DNA from: an uncultured Acidobacteriota bacterium
GTDB taxonomy: Bacteria > Acidobacteriota > Thermoanaerobaculia > Gp7-AA8
DNA: 64,000 bases
Direction: 5' to 3'
NCBI GenBank assembly: GCA_963822445.1
Contig: CAWGHO010000003.1
Location: 1,632,001-1,696,000 of the forward strand
Below, in pieces: positions 30,630-39,973 of this stretch (its first letter is position 1; each line of letters opens with the position of its first letter). The notes beneath the pieces are model-generated. The model was not told the DNA's origin. It was given only the letters and a program-made list of their open reading frames with translations, and ran no database searches. Made by a program: the position numbers and the translations under genes.

Positions 30630-32081
30630 ATGGCACTTGAACAAAAACTACATCTAAAACTCAGCCAGAAGCTGATCATGACGCCGTCGTTGCAGCAGGC
30701 GATCAAGCTGCTGCAACTCTCGAAGCTCGAGCTCCAGGAAGTCCTCAACCAGGAGCTGCTGGAGAACCCCCTTCTCGAGGAGACCGCCGAAGAAGCGAAG
30801 GCCGAGGAAACGCCCGCCGAAGAGACCGAGGCGAAGAGCGAGACCGACGAGCCGCCGAAAGTCGAGACCCAGGACAAAGACAAGGATTCGTTCGACGAGA
30901 TCGACTACGACGCCTACTTCCAGGACTACATCGAATACGGCTACAACCCCCGGGGGATGTCCGAGGAGCACGAAGAGTTCCCGATCGAGAACACCCTCAC
31001 CCGGCCGCCCAACCTCGCCGATCACCTGACCTGGCAGCTCTCCATGTCCGACGCCTCACCGCGGACCAAGGAGATCGCCCAGTTCATCATCGGCAACATC
31101 GACGAGGACGGATACCTCCGCGCCTCGAACGACGAGATCGTGGCCTCGGGCAACTTCGAGCCGGAAGAGGTGGAGAAGGCCGTCGCCGCGGTGCAATCCC
31201 TCGATCCGATCGGCGTCGGCGCGCGCGATCTTCGCGAGTGCCTGCTGCTCCAGCTCCGCTTCCTCGAGATCGACGAGCCGCTCGTCGAAGTCGTCATTCG
31301 CGATCACTGGGACGAGTTCATGCAGCGCAAATTCGTCCCCCTGGCGAAGTCCCTCGGTATCGACATGAAGTCTCTCGAGGGCATCGTTGAGATCATCAAG
31401 CACCTCGATCCCAAGCCCGGGAGGAAATACTCCAATGAGCGAGCGATCTACGTCGAGCCCGATGTTTACGTTCATAAGGTTGGGGACGAGTACGTAATCG
31501 TTCTGAACGAAGACGGGATGCCCAAGCTGCGCATCAACAGCGGCTACCGCTCGATGCTCAACTCGATGGATTCCAAATCGGATGGCGAGACCGTCAACTA
31601 CATCAAGGACAAGATCCGCTCCGCGGTGTGGCTGATCAAATCGCTCGACCAGCGCCAGCGCACGATCTACAAGGTTGCCGAGTCGATCGTGAAGCACCAG
31701 CGGGAGTTCCTCGAAAAAGGCATCGACTTCCTCCGCCCGCTGGTTCTGCGCGACGTGGCCGACGACATCCAGATGCACGAGTCGACCGTCTCCCGCGTCG
31801 TTTCCAACAAGTACATGCACACGCCGCGCGGCCTGTTCCTGATGAAGTACTTCTTCCACAGCGGCATCGACTCCGATACCGGCGAAGACATCTCCTCGCT
31901 GACCGTGAAGAAGAAGATCCAGAGCTACATCGAGAACGAGGATCCCCGCAAGCCCCTCAGCGATTCGAAGATCATGAAGATCCTCAACGACGAGGGCATC
32001 AACATCGCACGTCGCACCGTGGCGAAGTACCGCGACGAGCTGAACATCCCTTCATCCACGGACCGCAAACAGGTCTTTTAG
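30630..32081 (+). CDS. rpoN: RNA polymerase sigma-54 factor
   Basis: [30 protein letters not shown], RpoN box ARRTVAKYR. Confidence 0.97.
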   Translation: MALEQKLHLKLSQKLIMTPSLQQAIKLLQLSKLELQEVLNQELLENPLLEETAEEAKAEETPAEETEAKSETDEPPKVETQDKDKDSFDEIDYDAYFQDYIEYGYNPRGMSEEHEEFPIENTLTRPPNLADHLTWQLSMSDASPRTKEIAQFIIGNIDEDGYLRASNDEIVASGNFEPEEVEKAVAAVQSLDPIGVGARDLRECLLLQLRFLEIDEPLVEVVIRDHWDEFMQRKFVPLAKSLGIDMKSLEGIVEIIKHLDPKPGRKYSNERAIYVEPDVYVHKVGDEYVIVLNEDGMPKLRINSGYRSMLNSMDSKSDGETVNYIKDKIRSAVWLIKSLDQRQRTIYKVAESIVKHQREFLEKGIDFLRPLVLRDVADDIQMHESTVSRVVSNKYMHTPRGLFLMKYFFHSGIDSDTGEDISSLTVKKKIQSYIENEDPRKPLSDSKIMKILNDEGINIARRTVAKYRDELNIPSSTDRKQVF

Positions 32082-32096
32082 TTTCGAGGTACGACA

Positions 32097-32657
32097 ATGG
32101 CGACTGAGATTTCAGGACGGAACTACGAGATTCCCCCCGACGTACGCGAACTGGTCGAGAAGAAGCTGGCCAAGATCACGGAGAAGCTGTTCGACGACGT
32201 GATCGACGTGCGCGTCGTGCTGCAGGTCGAGAAGTACCGCAACATCTGCGAGATCCTCATCGTCGGCAAAGAGCACGACGTGAAGTCGGTCCAGGAGTCG
32301 GACGAGTCGATGCAGGACGCCGTCAATTCCGCCCTCGACCACCTCAAGCGGCAGGCCCAGAAGAACCGCAAGAAGATTCGCGATCACCACCGCGGCAACA
32401 AGGGCAAGAGCGTCGTCACCGAGTGGAACATCAACGTCCTCGAGCCCACCCAGCTGCGCACCACCGGCAACAACAGCCCGCGGATCGTGAAGACGAACAA
32501 CATCGCCATCCGGCCGATGTCGATCGAGGAAGCCGCGCTGCGGCTCGATGACTCCAAGAACGAGTTCATCGTCTTCCGCGACATCGACACCGACAAGGTC
32601 TCGGTCATCTACAAACGCCGCGACAGCAACCTGGGGCTGATCTCACCGGAGTTCTGA
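32097..32657 (+). CDS. hpf: Ribosome hibernation promoting factor (long HPF/RaiA)
   Basis: S30AE N-domain; C-domain PMSIEEAA.....FIVFRD.....SVIYKRRD..LGLI; directly after rpoN. Confidence 0.92.
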   Translation: MATEISGRNYEIPPDVRELVEKKLAKITEKLFDDVIDVRVVLQVEKYRNICEILIVGKEHDVKSVQESDESMQDAVNSALDHLKRQAQKNRKKIRDHHRGNKGKSVVTEWNINVLEPTQLRTTGNNSPRIVKTNNIAIRPMSIEEAALRLDDSKNEFIVFRDIDTDKVSVIYKRRDSNLGLISPEF

Positions 32658-32662
32658 GGCGC

Positions 32663-33253
32663 ATGGGCCGGCTTCCGCTCGCCTTCCTCCTCCTGGCGGC
32701 CTGCACCTTTTCGGTCTCCGCGCAGACGTTCTCGAAATACAGAGGATGGGGTGAGACGCCCGAGGCCTATTTCATGACGGCGGCTGAGCGCGAGCAGTGG
32801 CGCGGGATCGTCAACGACGAGAAGGCGGAGCCGTTCGTCAACGACTTCCGCGCAAAGCGTGGCGGCGAGGACTTCGTCCACGAGGTCAGGAAGCGGATCG
32901 AGAACGCAGACAAGCACCTCTCGATCGGCAGGATCAAAGGGTCGAAAACCCTCGGTGGGAAAGCGGTGGTCCTCTTCGGCGCACCGATCAAGCTCGCGGT
33001 CAAGAATCGTGTAGAGAAGCGCCCTTACCCGACCCCCAAGATGACGGCGGTTCATCTTCCGCCACTCCGGCTCCGCGACTTCACCTTTACCTTCTCCGGA
33101 AGAGACACGCCGGCGTTGAACGGCGAGGATTTCGTGGTGGTCATCGAAGCAGACCTGGGAACCGGCATGACCAGAACCGGCAAAGGCATGAGCCAGAAGG
33201 ACCTCGACGCGCTGTTCGAGGCTGCGGCCGCGGCCTCGATTACAAAACGGTAG
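32663..33253 (+). CDS. Secreted GWxTD-like domain protein, paralog 1
   Basis: Signal peptide; W..TPEAYFMT..EREQW, RIENADK.LS, GSKTLGG.AVVLFGAP (degenerate GWxTDRG). Confidence 0.65.
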   Translation: MGRLPLAFLLLAACTFSVSAQTFSKYRGWGETPEAYFMTAAEREQWRGIVNDEKAEPFVNDFRAKRGGEDFVHEVRKRIENADKHLSIGRIKGSKTLGGKAVVLFGAPIKLAVKNRVEKRPYPTPKMTAVHLPPLRLRDFTFTFSGRDTPALNGEDFVVVIEADLGTGMTRTGKGMSQKDLDALFEAAAAASITKR

Positions 33254-33322
33254 CGGCAAGATGATCCGGCGAGCGGTTCAGGTTATCCTGACCGTTCCAG
33301 ATCGACCATCCAGGAGAGCTCC

Positions 33323-33982
33323 GTGTACCGTTCCTTTGCGATTGCCGTCATGCTGCTGCTGTGCGTTGTCTCCGCCTCCGCGGAGACGCTCACCAAATAC
33401 AAGGATTGGGCTGATTCGCCCGAGGCTTACTTCATGACCGGCGTCGAGCGGGAGCAGTGGCGCGCCGTCGCCGACGACACGGCCGCGGAGACTTTCGTCA
33501 ACGAATTTCGCGCCCGCCGCGGTGGCGATGCCTTCGTGAAAGAAGTGACGACGCGCATCGAGAACGCCGACAAGTACCTCTCCATCGGAAAGGTCAAAGG
33601 CTCGGCCACGCTTCGCGGGAAGGCCGTGATTCTGTTCGGCGCGCCTGCCAACATCGGCGTGAACGACCGAGTGGTCAAAGGCGGCTACACCCCTGGTGCT
33701 TCCTCCGCGGCCGTCACCGACCTCGGCGTCGGTGCCAGCACCCGCGACGCCGAAGGCAACAAGCAGCAGATGGGCACCGGCCAGCCCGGCCGGAGCTTCC
33801 GCGACTTCACCTTCACCTTTCCCGCGAAGAACACGCCGGCATTCAACGGCAAGGACTACGTCGTCGTCATCGAAGCCGACACCGCGACCGGCAAGGACCG
33901 GGCCGGTAAAGGCGTGAAGCAGAAAGATCTCGACGACATGTTCGAAGCCGCGGCCGAGGCGTCGATCAAGAACAAGTCATAA
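33323..33982 (+). CDS. Secreted GWxTD-like domain protein, paralog 2
   Basis: Signal peptide; WADSPEAYFMTGVEREQW, RIENADKYLS, GSATLRGKAVILFGAP; clearly homologous to 32663-33253. Confidence 0.7.
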   Translation: MYRSFAIAVMLLLCVVSASAETLTKYKDWADSPEAYFMTGVEREQWRAVADDTAAETFVNEFRARRGGDAFVKEVTTRIENADKYLSIGKVKGSATLRGKAVILFGAPANIGVNDRVVKGGYTPGASSAAVTDLGVGASTRDAEGNKQQMGTGQPGRSFRDFTFTFPAKNTPAFNGKDYVVVIEADTATGKDRAGKGVKQKDLDDMFEAAAEASIKNKS

Positions 33983-33989
33983 TGCCCTC

Positions 33990-35060
33990 GTGCGCGACGA
34001 GGACTACATCGAGACCACCGTCGAGTCCCTTCGCTCGGGTGAGCTCGATGATCTGCAGCTGAAGCTCGTCACCGGCGACGACGGCATGGGCCGGGTGATC
34101 GCCAGGCCGCGCGTGCAGAAGCCCGGCCTGGCCTTCGCCGGCTACTACGAATACATCAAGCCCTGGCGCGTGCAGATCATCGGCGCGTCGGAGACCAAAT
34201 ACCTGCAGAGCCTTCCGCCGCGCCTGCGGGAGAAGCGCATCCGCGACGTGGCCGGTCTCGACGTTTCCACGTTCATCGTCACCAAAGGGATCACGCCGCT
34301 CGACGAGTTCCGCACCGAATGCGAGAAGCGCTCGGTGCCGCTGTTTTCGACGCCGGCGATGTCCTCGACCACCATCACCCGGACCACGTACTTCCTAGAA
34401 GAGACGATGGCGCCGCGGCTGACCATGCACTCGGGACTGCTCGACGTCTACGGCATCGGCGTGCTGCTCCTCGGCGACAGCGGCATCGGCAAGAGCGAGT
34501 GCGCGCTGGACCTCGTGTCGAACGGACATCGCCTCATCGCCGACGACCTGGTCGTCATCAAACGCCATCCGAACGACGTCCTCCTCGGATATTCGAACGA
34601 TCTCCTGCGCCATCACATGGAGCTGCGCGGCATCGGCATCATCGACATCAAGGATCTCTTCGGCGTCGCCTCGACGCGCGACGTGAAACCGATCGACCTC
34701 GTGGTGCGCCTGGAAAAGTGGGCGGAAGGGGCGGAGTACGACCGGCTCGGCGTGAGCGGCGAGACTTACGAGCTCCTCGGCGTCGCCAAACCGTACGTGC
34801 GGCTGCCCGTCGCGTCGGGCCGCAACCTTGCTCTGCTCGTGGAGATTGCGGCGCGGAACCATCTGATGAAGCTCCAGGGCTACGACTCGGCGCGTGAATT
34901 CACGCGGCGCATCGACGAGCAGATCGCGCGACAGGGGACGATCTCCGATGCCCTTCCGGCGACGAATCGCGAGGAGATGACCAGCTCGGAGATGCGGAGC
35001 GTGAACTCGCGCAACCGTTTCGCGCCCGATGTCATCGATCGGACCCGGAGGCAGCGCTAG
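33990..35060 (+). CDS. hprK: HPr kinase/phosphorylase
   Basis: QKPGLAFAG, GVLLLGDSGIGKSECALDL, HRLIADD, MELRGIGII, YDRLG, GRNLA. Confidence 0.96.
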   Translation: MRDEDYIETTVESLRSGELDDLQLKLVTGDDGMGRVIARPRVQKPGLAFAGYYEYIKPWRVQIIGASETKYLQSLPPRLREKRIRDVAGLDVSTFIVTKGITPLDEFRTECEKRSVPLFSTPAMSSTTITRTTYFLEETMAPRLTMHSGLLDVYGIGVLLLGDSGIGKSECALDLVSNGHRLIADDLVVIKRHPNDVLLGYSNDLLRHHMELRGIGIIDIKDLFGVASTRDVKPIDLVVRLEKWAEGAEYDRLGVSGETYELLGVAKPYVRLPVASGRNLALLVEIAARNHLMKLQGYDSAREFTRRIDEQIARQGTISDALPATNREEMTSSEMRSVNSRNRFAPDVIDRTRRQR

Positions 35061-35061
35061 C

Positions 35062-35931
35062 TTGAACGCGTTGCCCGACCACCTGGTCGTCATCACCGGT
35101 CTGTCCGGCTCCGGCAAGAGCTACGTGCAGTCGACACTCGAAGACCTCGGCTTCTACTGCACCGACAACCTGCCCATCGAGCTGATCGAGCCGTATCTCG
35201 ACGAGGTCGTGACTCATGAGAAAGCCACGCGCGTCGGCATCGTCGTCGACGTCCGCACGCATGACTTCGCGACCATCTTCCCGTCGTTCTACCGCGAGCG
35301 GCTGAAGAAGCGCGTCCCGAACGCGCACCTGATCTTTCTCGAGGCCTCGGAGGAAGTGCTCGCGCGACGGTATTCAGAAACGCGCCGCCCGCATCCGCTC
35401 GCCAAAGATCGCCCCGTGCTCGAAGCGATTCACGAAGAGCGCGAAGCCCTGACGGAAGTGAAGTCGCTGGCGGACATGGTCCTGGACACGTCCGCGTTTT
35501 CGGTCCACGAGCTCAAGGCCGAGGTCATGCGGCGTTTTTCGTTGCCGGGCGAGCAGCCGACCATGCTCGTCACGGTGATCTCCTTCGGCTTCAAGCACAG
35601 CATGCCGTACAACCTCGACCTGCTCTTCGACGTGCGATTCCTGCCGAATCCTCACTTTGTCGCGGAGCTGCGGCCGAAGACGGGGCTCGATCCGGAAGTG
35701 CTCGAGTACCTCGCCGCGCAGCCTGACTACGAGGAGTTCTACAAACGGCTGTACGACTTCGTGGCCTACGTGCTGCCCGGCTATCAGAAAGAGATGAAGA
35801 GCTATCTGACCATCGGGATCGGCTGCACGGGCGGGAAGCACCGGAGCGTGGCCATTGCCCAGCGGCTCGCGGACGATCTCGACCGCGCGGGGTACGCGAT
35901 CGAGATCGTGCATCGGGATTTCAAGAGGTAG
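35062..35931 (+). CDS. rapZ: RNase adapter RapZ/YvcJ-family P-loop protein
   Basis: ITGLSGSGKS, RYSETRRPHPL, SFGFKH, DVRFLPNPH, IGCTGGKHRSV; TTG start after GGAGG. Confidence 0.93.
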   Translation: MNALPDHLVVITGLSGSGKSYVQSTLEDLGFYCTDNLPIELIEPYLDEVVTHEKATRVGIVVDVRTHDFATIFPSFYRERLKKRVPNAHLIFLEASEEVLARRYSETRRPHPLAKDRPVLEAIHEEREALTEVKSLADMVLDTSAFSVHELKAEVMRRFSLPGEQPTMLVTVISFGFKHSMPYNLDLLFDVRFLPNPHFVAELRPKTGLDPEVLEYLAAQPDYEEFYKRLYDFVAYVLPGYQKEMKSYLTIGIGCTGGKHRSVAIAQRLADDLDRAGYAIEIVHRDFKR

Positions 35932-35947
35932 GTGTTTCTCTCTCTCC

Positions 35948-36098
35948 AGTTTATCCCCGCGCGAAGACGCGGGGATCTCCGGTTACACCGCGGCAGCCGA
36001 AGCCCATCAACGATGATCGTAGCCCCGCCTGCCTGACCGCTTGCGAGATTTCCGTTCGTGCACGGAGAGATCCCCGCGTCTTCGCGCGGGGATAGACT
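35948..36098. repeat. MITE/REPIN-like element, copy 1 (32-bp terminal inverted repeats)
   Basis: AGTTTATCCCCGCGCGAAGACGCGGGGATCTC ... GAGATCCCCGCGTCTTCGCGCGGGGATAGACT (31/32); each arm has an internal hairpin; between convergent rapZ and hsp20. Confidence 0.85.
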
Positions 36099-36535
36099 CA
36101 AGAAACCGCAATCTTGATGTGCTTCGGCTTCGCCTCTTCGCGCTTCGGCACCTCGACCTCGAGAATCCCCTCGCGGTAACTGGCCGAGATCCTCTCCGGA
36201 TCGACAGAGCGGGGCAGGGTGAACGAGCGGCTGAAGTTTCCGTAGATCCGTTCCACGCGATGCCAGGTCACCCCTTCCGACTTCTCGAGCTTCCGCTCAC
36301 CGCGCAGGGTCAAAAGGCCGTTCTCGAACTCGATGGAGATGTCCTCCTGCCGGATCCCCGGCACCTCGGCGCGGACCAGGATCCTGTCCTGCGTCTCGGC
36401 GACATCGACCGGCGGCACCCACGTGCCGCTCACCAGATCCTCGTCACCGGTGGCGAACCGGGCGAAGGGCTCGAACAGCCGGTTGAGTTGCGCCTGGAGA
36501 TTCTTCACGTCGCGATCATTCGTGTAGTGGGTCAT
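36098..36535 (-). CDS. Hsp20/alpha-crystallin small heat shock protein
   Basis: WVPPVDVAET, AEVPG, LTLRGERK, ERIYGNFSRSFTLP, A.Y..GILEV.VPK; ATG 36535 after AAGGAG. Confidence 0.95.
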   Translation of the reverse strand: MTHYTNDRDVKNLQAQLNRLFEPFARFATGDEDLVSGTWVPPVDVAETQDRILVRAEVPGIRQEDISIEFENGLLTLRGERKLEKSEGVTWHRVERIYGNFSRSFTLPRSVDPERISASYREGILEVEVPKREEAKPKHIKIAVS

Positions 36536-36544
36536 GGGCTTGCT

Positions 36545-36611
36545 CCTTAGTGGATAAGACTCAAGTTTCAATCTCATGACGGCGATTCTAGCAGAAATAG
36601 ATGAGTGTCAA
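36545..36611 (-). promoter_or_regulatory. Putative hsp20 promoter with HAIR-like (HspR) operator
   Basis: Minus strand TTGACA (36611-36606) and TAGAAT (36590-36585), short 15-nt spacer; CTTGAGT-N7-ACTAAGG at 36565-36545 versus HAIR CTTGAGT-N7-ACTCAAG. Confidence 0.55.
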
Positions 36612-36681
36612 GCAATCACATCATGTGCGACCGGAGGGGATGGACGGATCGGGTATCATGCCCTGTCCTTGGGGAGGTAGC

Positions 36682-37101
36682 TTGATCGGGGCCTTAATCG
36701 TTACTCATGGAAACCTGGCGCACGAGCTATTGAACGCCGCCCGCCAGATAGAAGCCGATGTATCCGCAATCGAAGCCGTTCCTCTCGAATGGAGCGACAC
36801 CGTCGAAGACGCCCGGGCCAAGATCGCCGCGGCCTTCGAGCGCATCGGGCCCGAGCGGGGAGTGATCATCTTCACCGACATGTTCGGCGGCACCCCCAGC
36901 AACATCAGCCTCTCGTTTCTCGAGCCCGGCCGGGTCGAGATCGTGACCGGCGTGAACCTGCCCATGGTCGTCAAGTTCGCCATGGTCAAGGAAGAGGCGA
37001 AGGACGTCTCCACGCTCGCTCACCTGATCAGCGAGAAGGGCTCGAAAGCCATCCGCGTCGCCTCGGATCTGCTCACCGCTGAAAAACGGGCTACTGCTTG
37101 A
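36682..37101 (+). CDS. PTS EIIA component, mannose/fructose family
   Basis: LIVTHG.LA, IFTDMFGGTPSN, VTGVNLPM; TTG start after GGAGG. Confidence 0.92.
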   Translation: MIGALIVTHGNLAHELLNAARQIEADVSAIEAVPLEWSDTVEDARAKIAAAFERIGPERGVIIFTDMFGGTPSNISLSFLEPGRVEIVTGVNLPMVVKFAMVKEEAKDVSTLAHLISEKGSKAIRVASDLLTAEKRATA

Positions 37102-37370
37102 TGACCGAGCGCGACGTCGAGATCAAGAACAAGCTGGGGCTTCACGCGCGCGCGGCGGCGAAACTGGTCCATGTCGCGGCGAAGTTCAAATGCGACATCA
37201 AGATTCGCAAGGGCGACGAAGAAGTCGACGGCAAATCGATCCTGGGCATCCTTCTTCTCGCCGCCGGCCGCGGCTCGACCATCAAGCTGCGCGCTGATGG
37301 TCCCGACGAGCGCGAGGCCCTCGATGCGATCGAGAACCTCATCGACGCGAAATTCGACGAAGTAGAATGA
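37101..37370 (+). CDS. ptsH: Phosphocarrier protein HPr
   Basis: NKLGLHARAA (His15) and VDGKSILG (Ser46 region). Confidence 0.95.
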   Translation: MTERDVEIKNKLGLHARAAAKLVHVAAKFKCDIKIRKGDEEVDGKSILGILLLAAGRGSTIKLRADGPDEREALDAIENLIDAKFDEVE

Positions 37371-37374
37371 CCTG

Positions 37375-39159
37375 ATGCCTGCTGCCCAGACGCGTTCCGA
37401 TATCCGGACTTACAAGGGAATCGGTGTGTCGCCCGGCATCGCCATCGGCCGCGCGGTGATCGTCGAAAAGCGCGTCGCCACGGTCTACCGCATCCCCATC
37501 CGCGACGAGGAAGTCCCCTCGGAGATCACCCGGTTCCACGAATCGCTCGAGAAAACGCGCGATGAGCTCCTCGAGCTGAAGCACAAAGTCAGCCGCTCGA
37601 TGGGCGACGAGTACGCCTCCATCTTCGAGGCCCACGCCATGATCGTCAGCGACGCCTCGTTCGCCGACAAGGTCGTGCAGAAGATCGAAAACGAGCAGGT
37701 CAATGCGGAGTGGGCGCTGGCCGAGGTTCAGGAAGAGCTGCAGGCGCGCTTCGAGAGCTTCGACGATGAGTACCTGCGCGAGCGCACCGCCGACGTGAAA
37801 GACGTCGCCGAACGCGTCCTCGTCAACCTGCAGGGCGTCGCCCATCACGAGATCTCCGAGATCGAGCACGACGTGATCATCCTCGCGGACGACCTCACGC
37901 CCTCCGACACGATTCACTTCAACCGCAGGCCGATCGTCGGCTTCGCGACCGAGGCCGGTGGACGGACGTCGCATACGTCGATCATTGCCAAGTCGCTGTT
38001 CATGCCGGCGATCATCGGCGTCCCGCGCCTCACCAAGATCGTCGACAACGACGAGCTGGTCATCGTCGACGGCTACGAAGGCGCGCTGATCGTCAACCCG
38101 ACGCCGGCGATGATCGCCGAGTACCTCAGCCGCGTTTCCCGTCACGAGGAAGCCGAGCAGAAACTGCTCGAGAATCGCAGCCTGCCGGCGGTTACGAAAG
38201 ATCACCACCAGATCGAGCTGCTGGCGAACATCGAGCTCGTCGAAGAGCTGCAGGACGCGGTGAAGTTCGGATCCGAGGGGATCGGGCTGTATCGCTCGGA
38301 GTTCCTGTACATCTCCAAGAGCCCCGATCTCCCGAACGAGGAAGAGCACTTCGAGATTTACAAGACGCTGATCGAGGCCACGAATCCCAACCGCTGCGTC
38401 ATTCGCACCTTCGACCTCGGCGGCAAGAAACTCGCCCGGGCCATCACCGGCTCGAAAGAAGACAACCCTGTCCTTGGCCTCCGCGCGCTGCGCCTGTGCA
38501 TGCAGCATCGGGACATGTTCCGCACCCAGCTTCGCGCGCTGCTGCGCGCGTCGGTTTACGGCAATCTCCAGATCATGTTCCCGCTCGTTTCCGGCGTGCA
38601 GGAGCTGCGGCAGGTGAAGACGCTCATCCGCGAGATCCGACTCGAGCTCGATGCCGAGGGCGTTGCGCACAACCCGGACATGAAGATCGGAATCATGATC
38701 GAGGTGCCGTCCGCGGCAGTGATCGCGGACCTGCTCGCGACCGAGTCCGACTTCTTCGCCATCGGCACGAACGACCTCATTCAGTACTCACTGGCCATCG
38801 ACCGCGGCAACGAGAACGTCAGTTACCTGTACGAGCCGCTACATCCAGCGATTCTGAGGCTCGTAAAAGGCGTGATCGACGCCGGCAAACGCGCAGGGAT
38901 CCCCGTGGAAATGTGCGGCGAGATGGCTTCCGATCCGATCTACGCGATCGTGCTACTCGGCCTCGGACTCGAGCAGTTCTCCATGAACCCCTCGTCGATT
39001 CCGATCATCAAGAACGTCGTCCGCTCCGTCCGTTACAAAGACTGCCGCCGTATCGCCGAAGCGGCGCTGCAGAAGAAGACCGCTCAGGAGATCGAGGAGT
39101 TCATCATCGAGAGCGTGGCCATGCGCTTTCCCGAGGGGCTCGTCAGCCAGAACATATGA
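37375..39159 (+). CDS. ptsI: PEP-protein phosphotransferase (Enzyme I), no GAF domain
   Basis: GGRTSHTSI (catalytic His), GIGLYRSEFL, RTFDLGGKK, NPVLGLRALR, MIEVPSA, IGTNDLIQY, CGEMA. Confidence 0.96.
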   Translation: MPAAQTRSDIRTYKGIGVSPGIAIGRAVIVEKRVATVYRIPIRDEEVPSEITRFHESLEKTRDELLELKHKVSRSMGDEYASIFEAHAMIVSDASFADKVVQKIENEQVNAEWALAEVQEELQARFESFDDEYLRERTADVKDVAERVLVNLQGVAHHEISEIEHDVIILADDLTPSDTIHFNRRPIVGFATEAGGRTSHTSIIAKSLFMPAIIGVPRLTKIVDNDELVIVDGYEGALIVNPTPAMIAEYLSRVSRHEEAEQKLLENRSLPAVTKDHHQIELLANIELVEELQDAVKFGSEGIGLYRSEFLYISKSPDLPNEEEHFEIYKTLIEATNPNRCVIRTFDLGGKKLARAITGSKEDNPVLGLRALRLCMQHRDMFRTQLRALLRASVYGNLQIMFPLVSGVQELRQVKTLIREIRLELDAEGVAHNPDMKIGIMIEVPSAAVIADLLATESDFFAIGTNDLIQYSLAIDRGNENVSYLYEPLHPAILRLVKGVIDAGKRAGIPVEMCGEMASDPIYAIVLLGLGLEQFSMNPSSIPIIKNVVRSVRYKDCRRIAEAALQKKTAQEIEEFIIESVAMRFPEGLVSQNI

Positions 39160-39521
39160 CCGATTTGTTTACTCATCGTGAAATCAGGCGGGTCTCGAAG
39201 CCCTGGGGATACGAGCTGATCTTCGCGCACACCGACCGTTACGTCGGGAAGATCCTGCACATCAACGAAGGCGAGTCGCTGAGCCTGCAGTACCACGAAA
39301 TGAAAGAAGAGACGCTGTACGTTGTCGAAGGCGAACTGAAGCTGACGATCGAGCACGACGGCGATCGCCGCGAGCTCACCCTGAAAAAAGGCGAGGCCTT
39401 TCACATCCCGCCGCGGTTGATTCACCGGATGGAAGCGATCGCCGATACGGATGTCGCGGAGGTGTCGACGACCGAGCTCGACGACGTCGTCCGCCTCGAA
39501 GACAGATACGGCCGCACATGA
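39156..39521 (+). CDS. Cupin-domain protein (mannose-6-phosphate isomerase-like)
   Basis: KPWGYE, LSLQYH..KEE, HRM, EVST.ELDDVVRLEDRYGR. Confidence 0.88.
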   Translation: MTDLFTHREIRRVSKPWGYELIFAHTDRYVGKILHINEGESLSLQYHEMKEETLYVVEGELKLTIEHDGDRRELTLKKGEAFHIPPRLIHRMEAIADTDVAEVSTTELDDVVRLEDRYGRT

Positions 39522-39973
39522 ACATTCCGGTCATCGCGCTGTTGGTCCTCGCGCTCGCGCAGAGCGATACGACGGCGCTCGTCGAGGCGGCGAAAGACGC
39601 CAAGGCCAAACGCAAGACGACGGGCACGCGCAAAGTCATCACCAACGCCGATCTCGCCAAGTCGAAGGGCAAGGTCATCCAGCGCAAGCCGGAAGACCTC
39701 GCGCCGCTGCCGCCCGTCGAGTCGCTCGTCGAAAAATACGAGGCCGAGCGGAAGGCCAAAGCGATCCTCGACGAGAAGCTGCTCGCGCTCGATGCGACGA
39801 TCGCAGGTCTCGAGAACGAGCTCGCGTCCATCGAGCAGCGCTACTACGAGGCGAGCGACTTCGAATTCCGCGACACCCACCTCGTAGCGAAGTTCAACGA
39901 GGCGAAGGTGAAGCTGGATAAGGCACGCACGGAGCGCGACGCGTTGGTTCCAAAACCAAAAGCGGATGAGTAA
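39518..39973 (+). CDS. Secreted coiled-coil hypothetical protein
   Basis: Hydrophobic N-terminus, KVITNADL motif, heptad-like C-terminal half; overlaps both neighbours. Confidence 0.7.
   Translation: MNIPVIALLVLALAQSDTTALVEAAKDAKAKRKTTGTRKVITNADLAKSKGKVIQRKPEDLAPLPPVESLVEKYEAERKAKAILDEKLLALDATIAGLENELASIEQRYYEASDFEFRDTHLVAKFNEAKVKLDKARTERDALVPKPKADE

Noticed and set aside
36588-36611. CIRCE-like CTAGCA...GAGTGTCAA upstream of hsp20
   Set aside because: Spacing is 6 nt rather than 9 and the left half is poor; better explained as -35/-10 boxes
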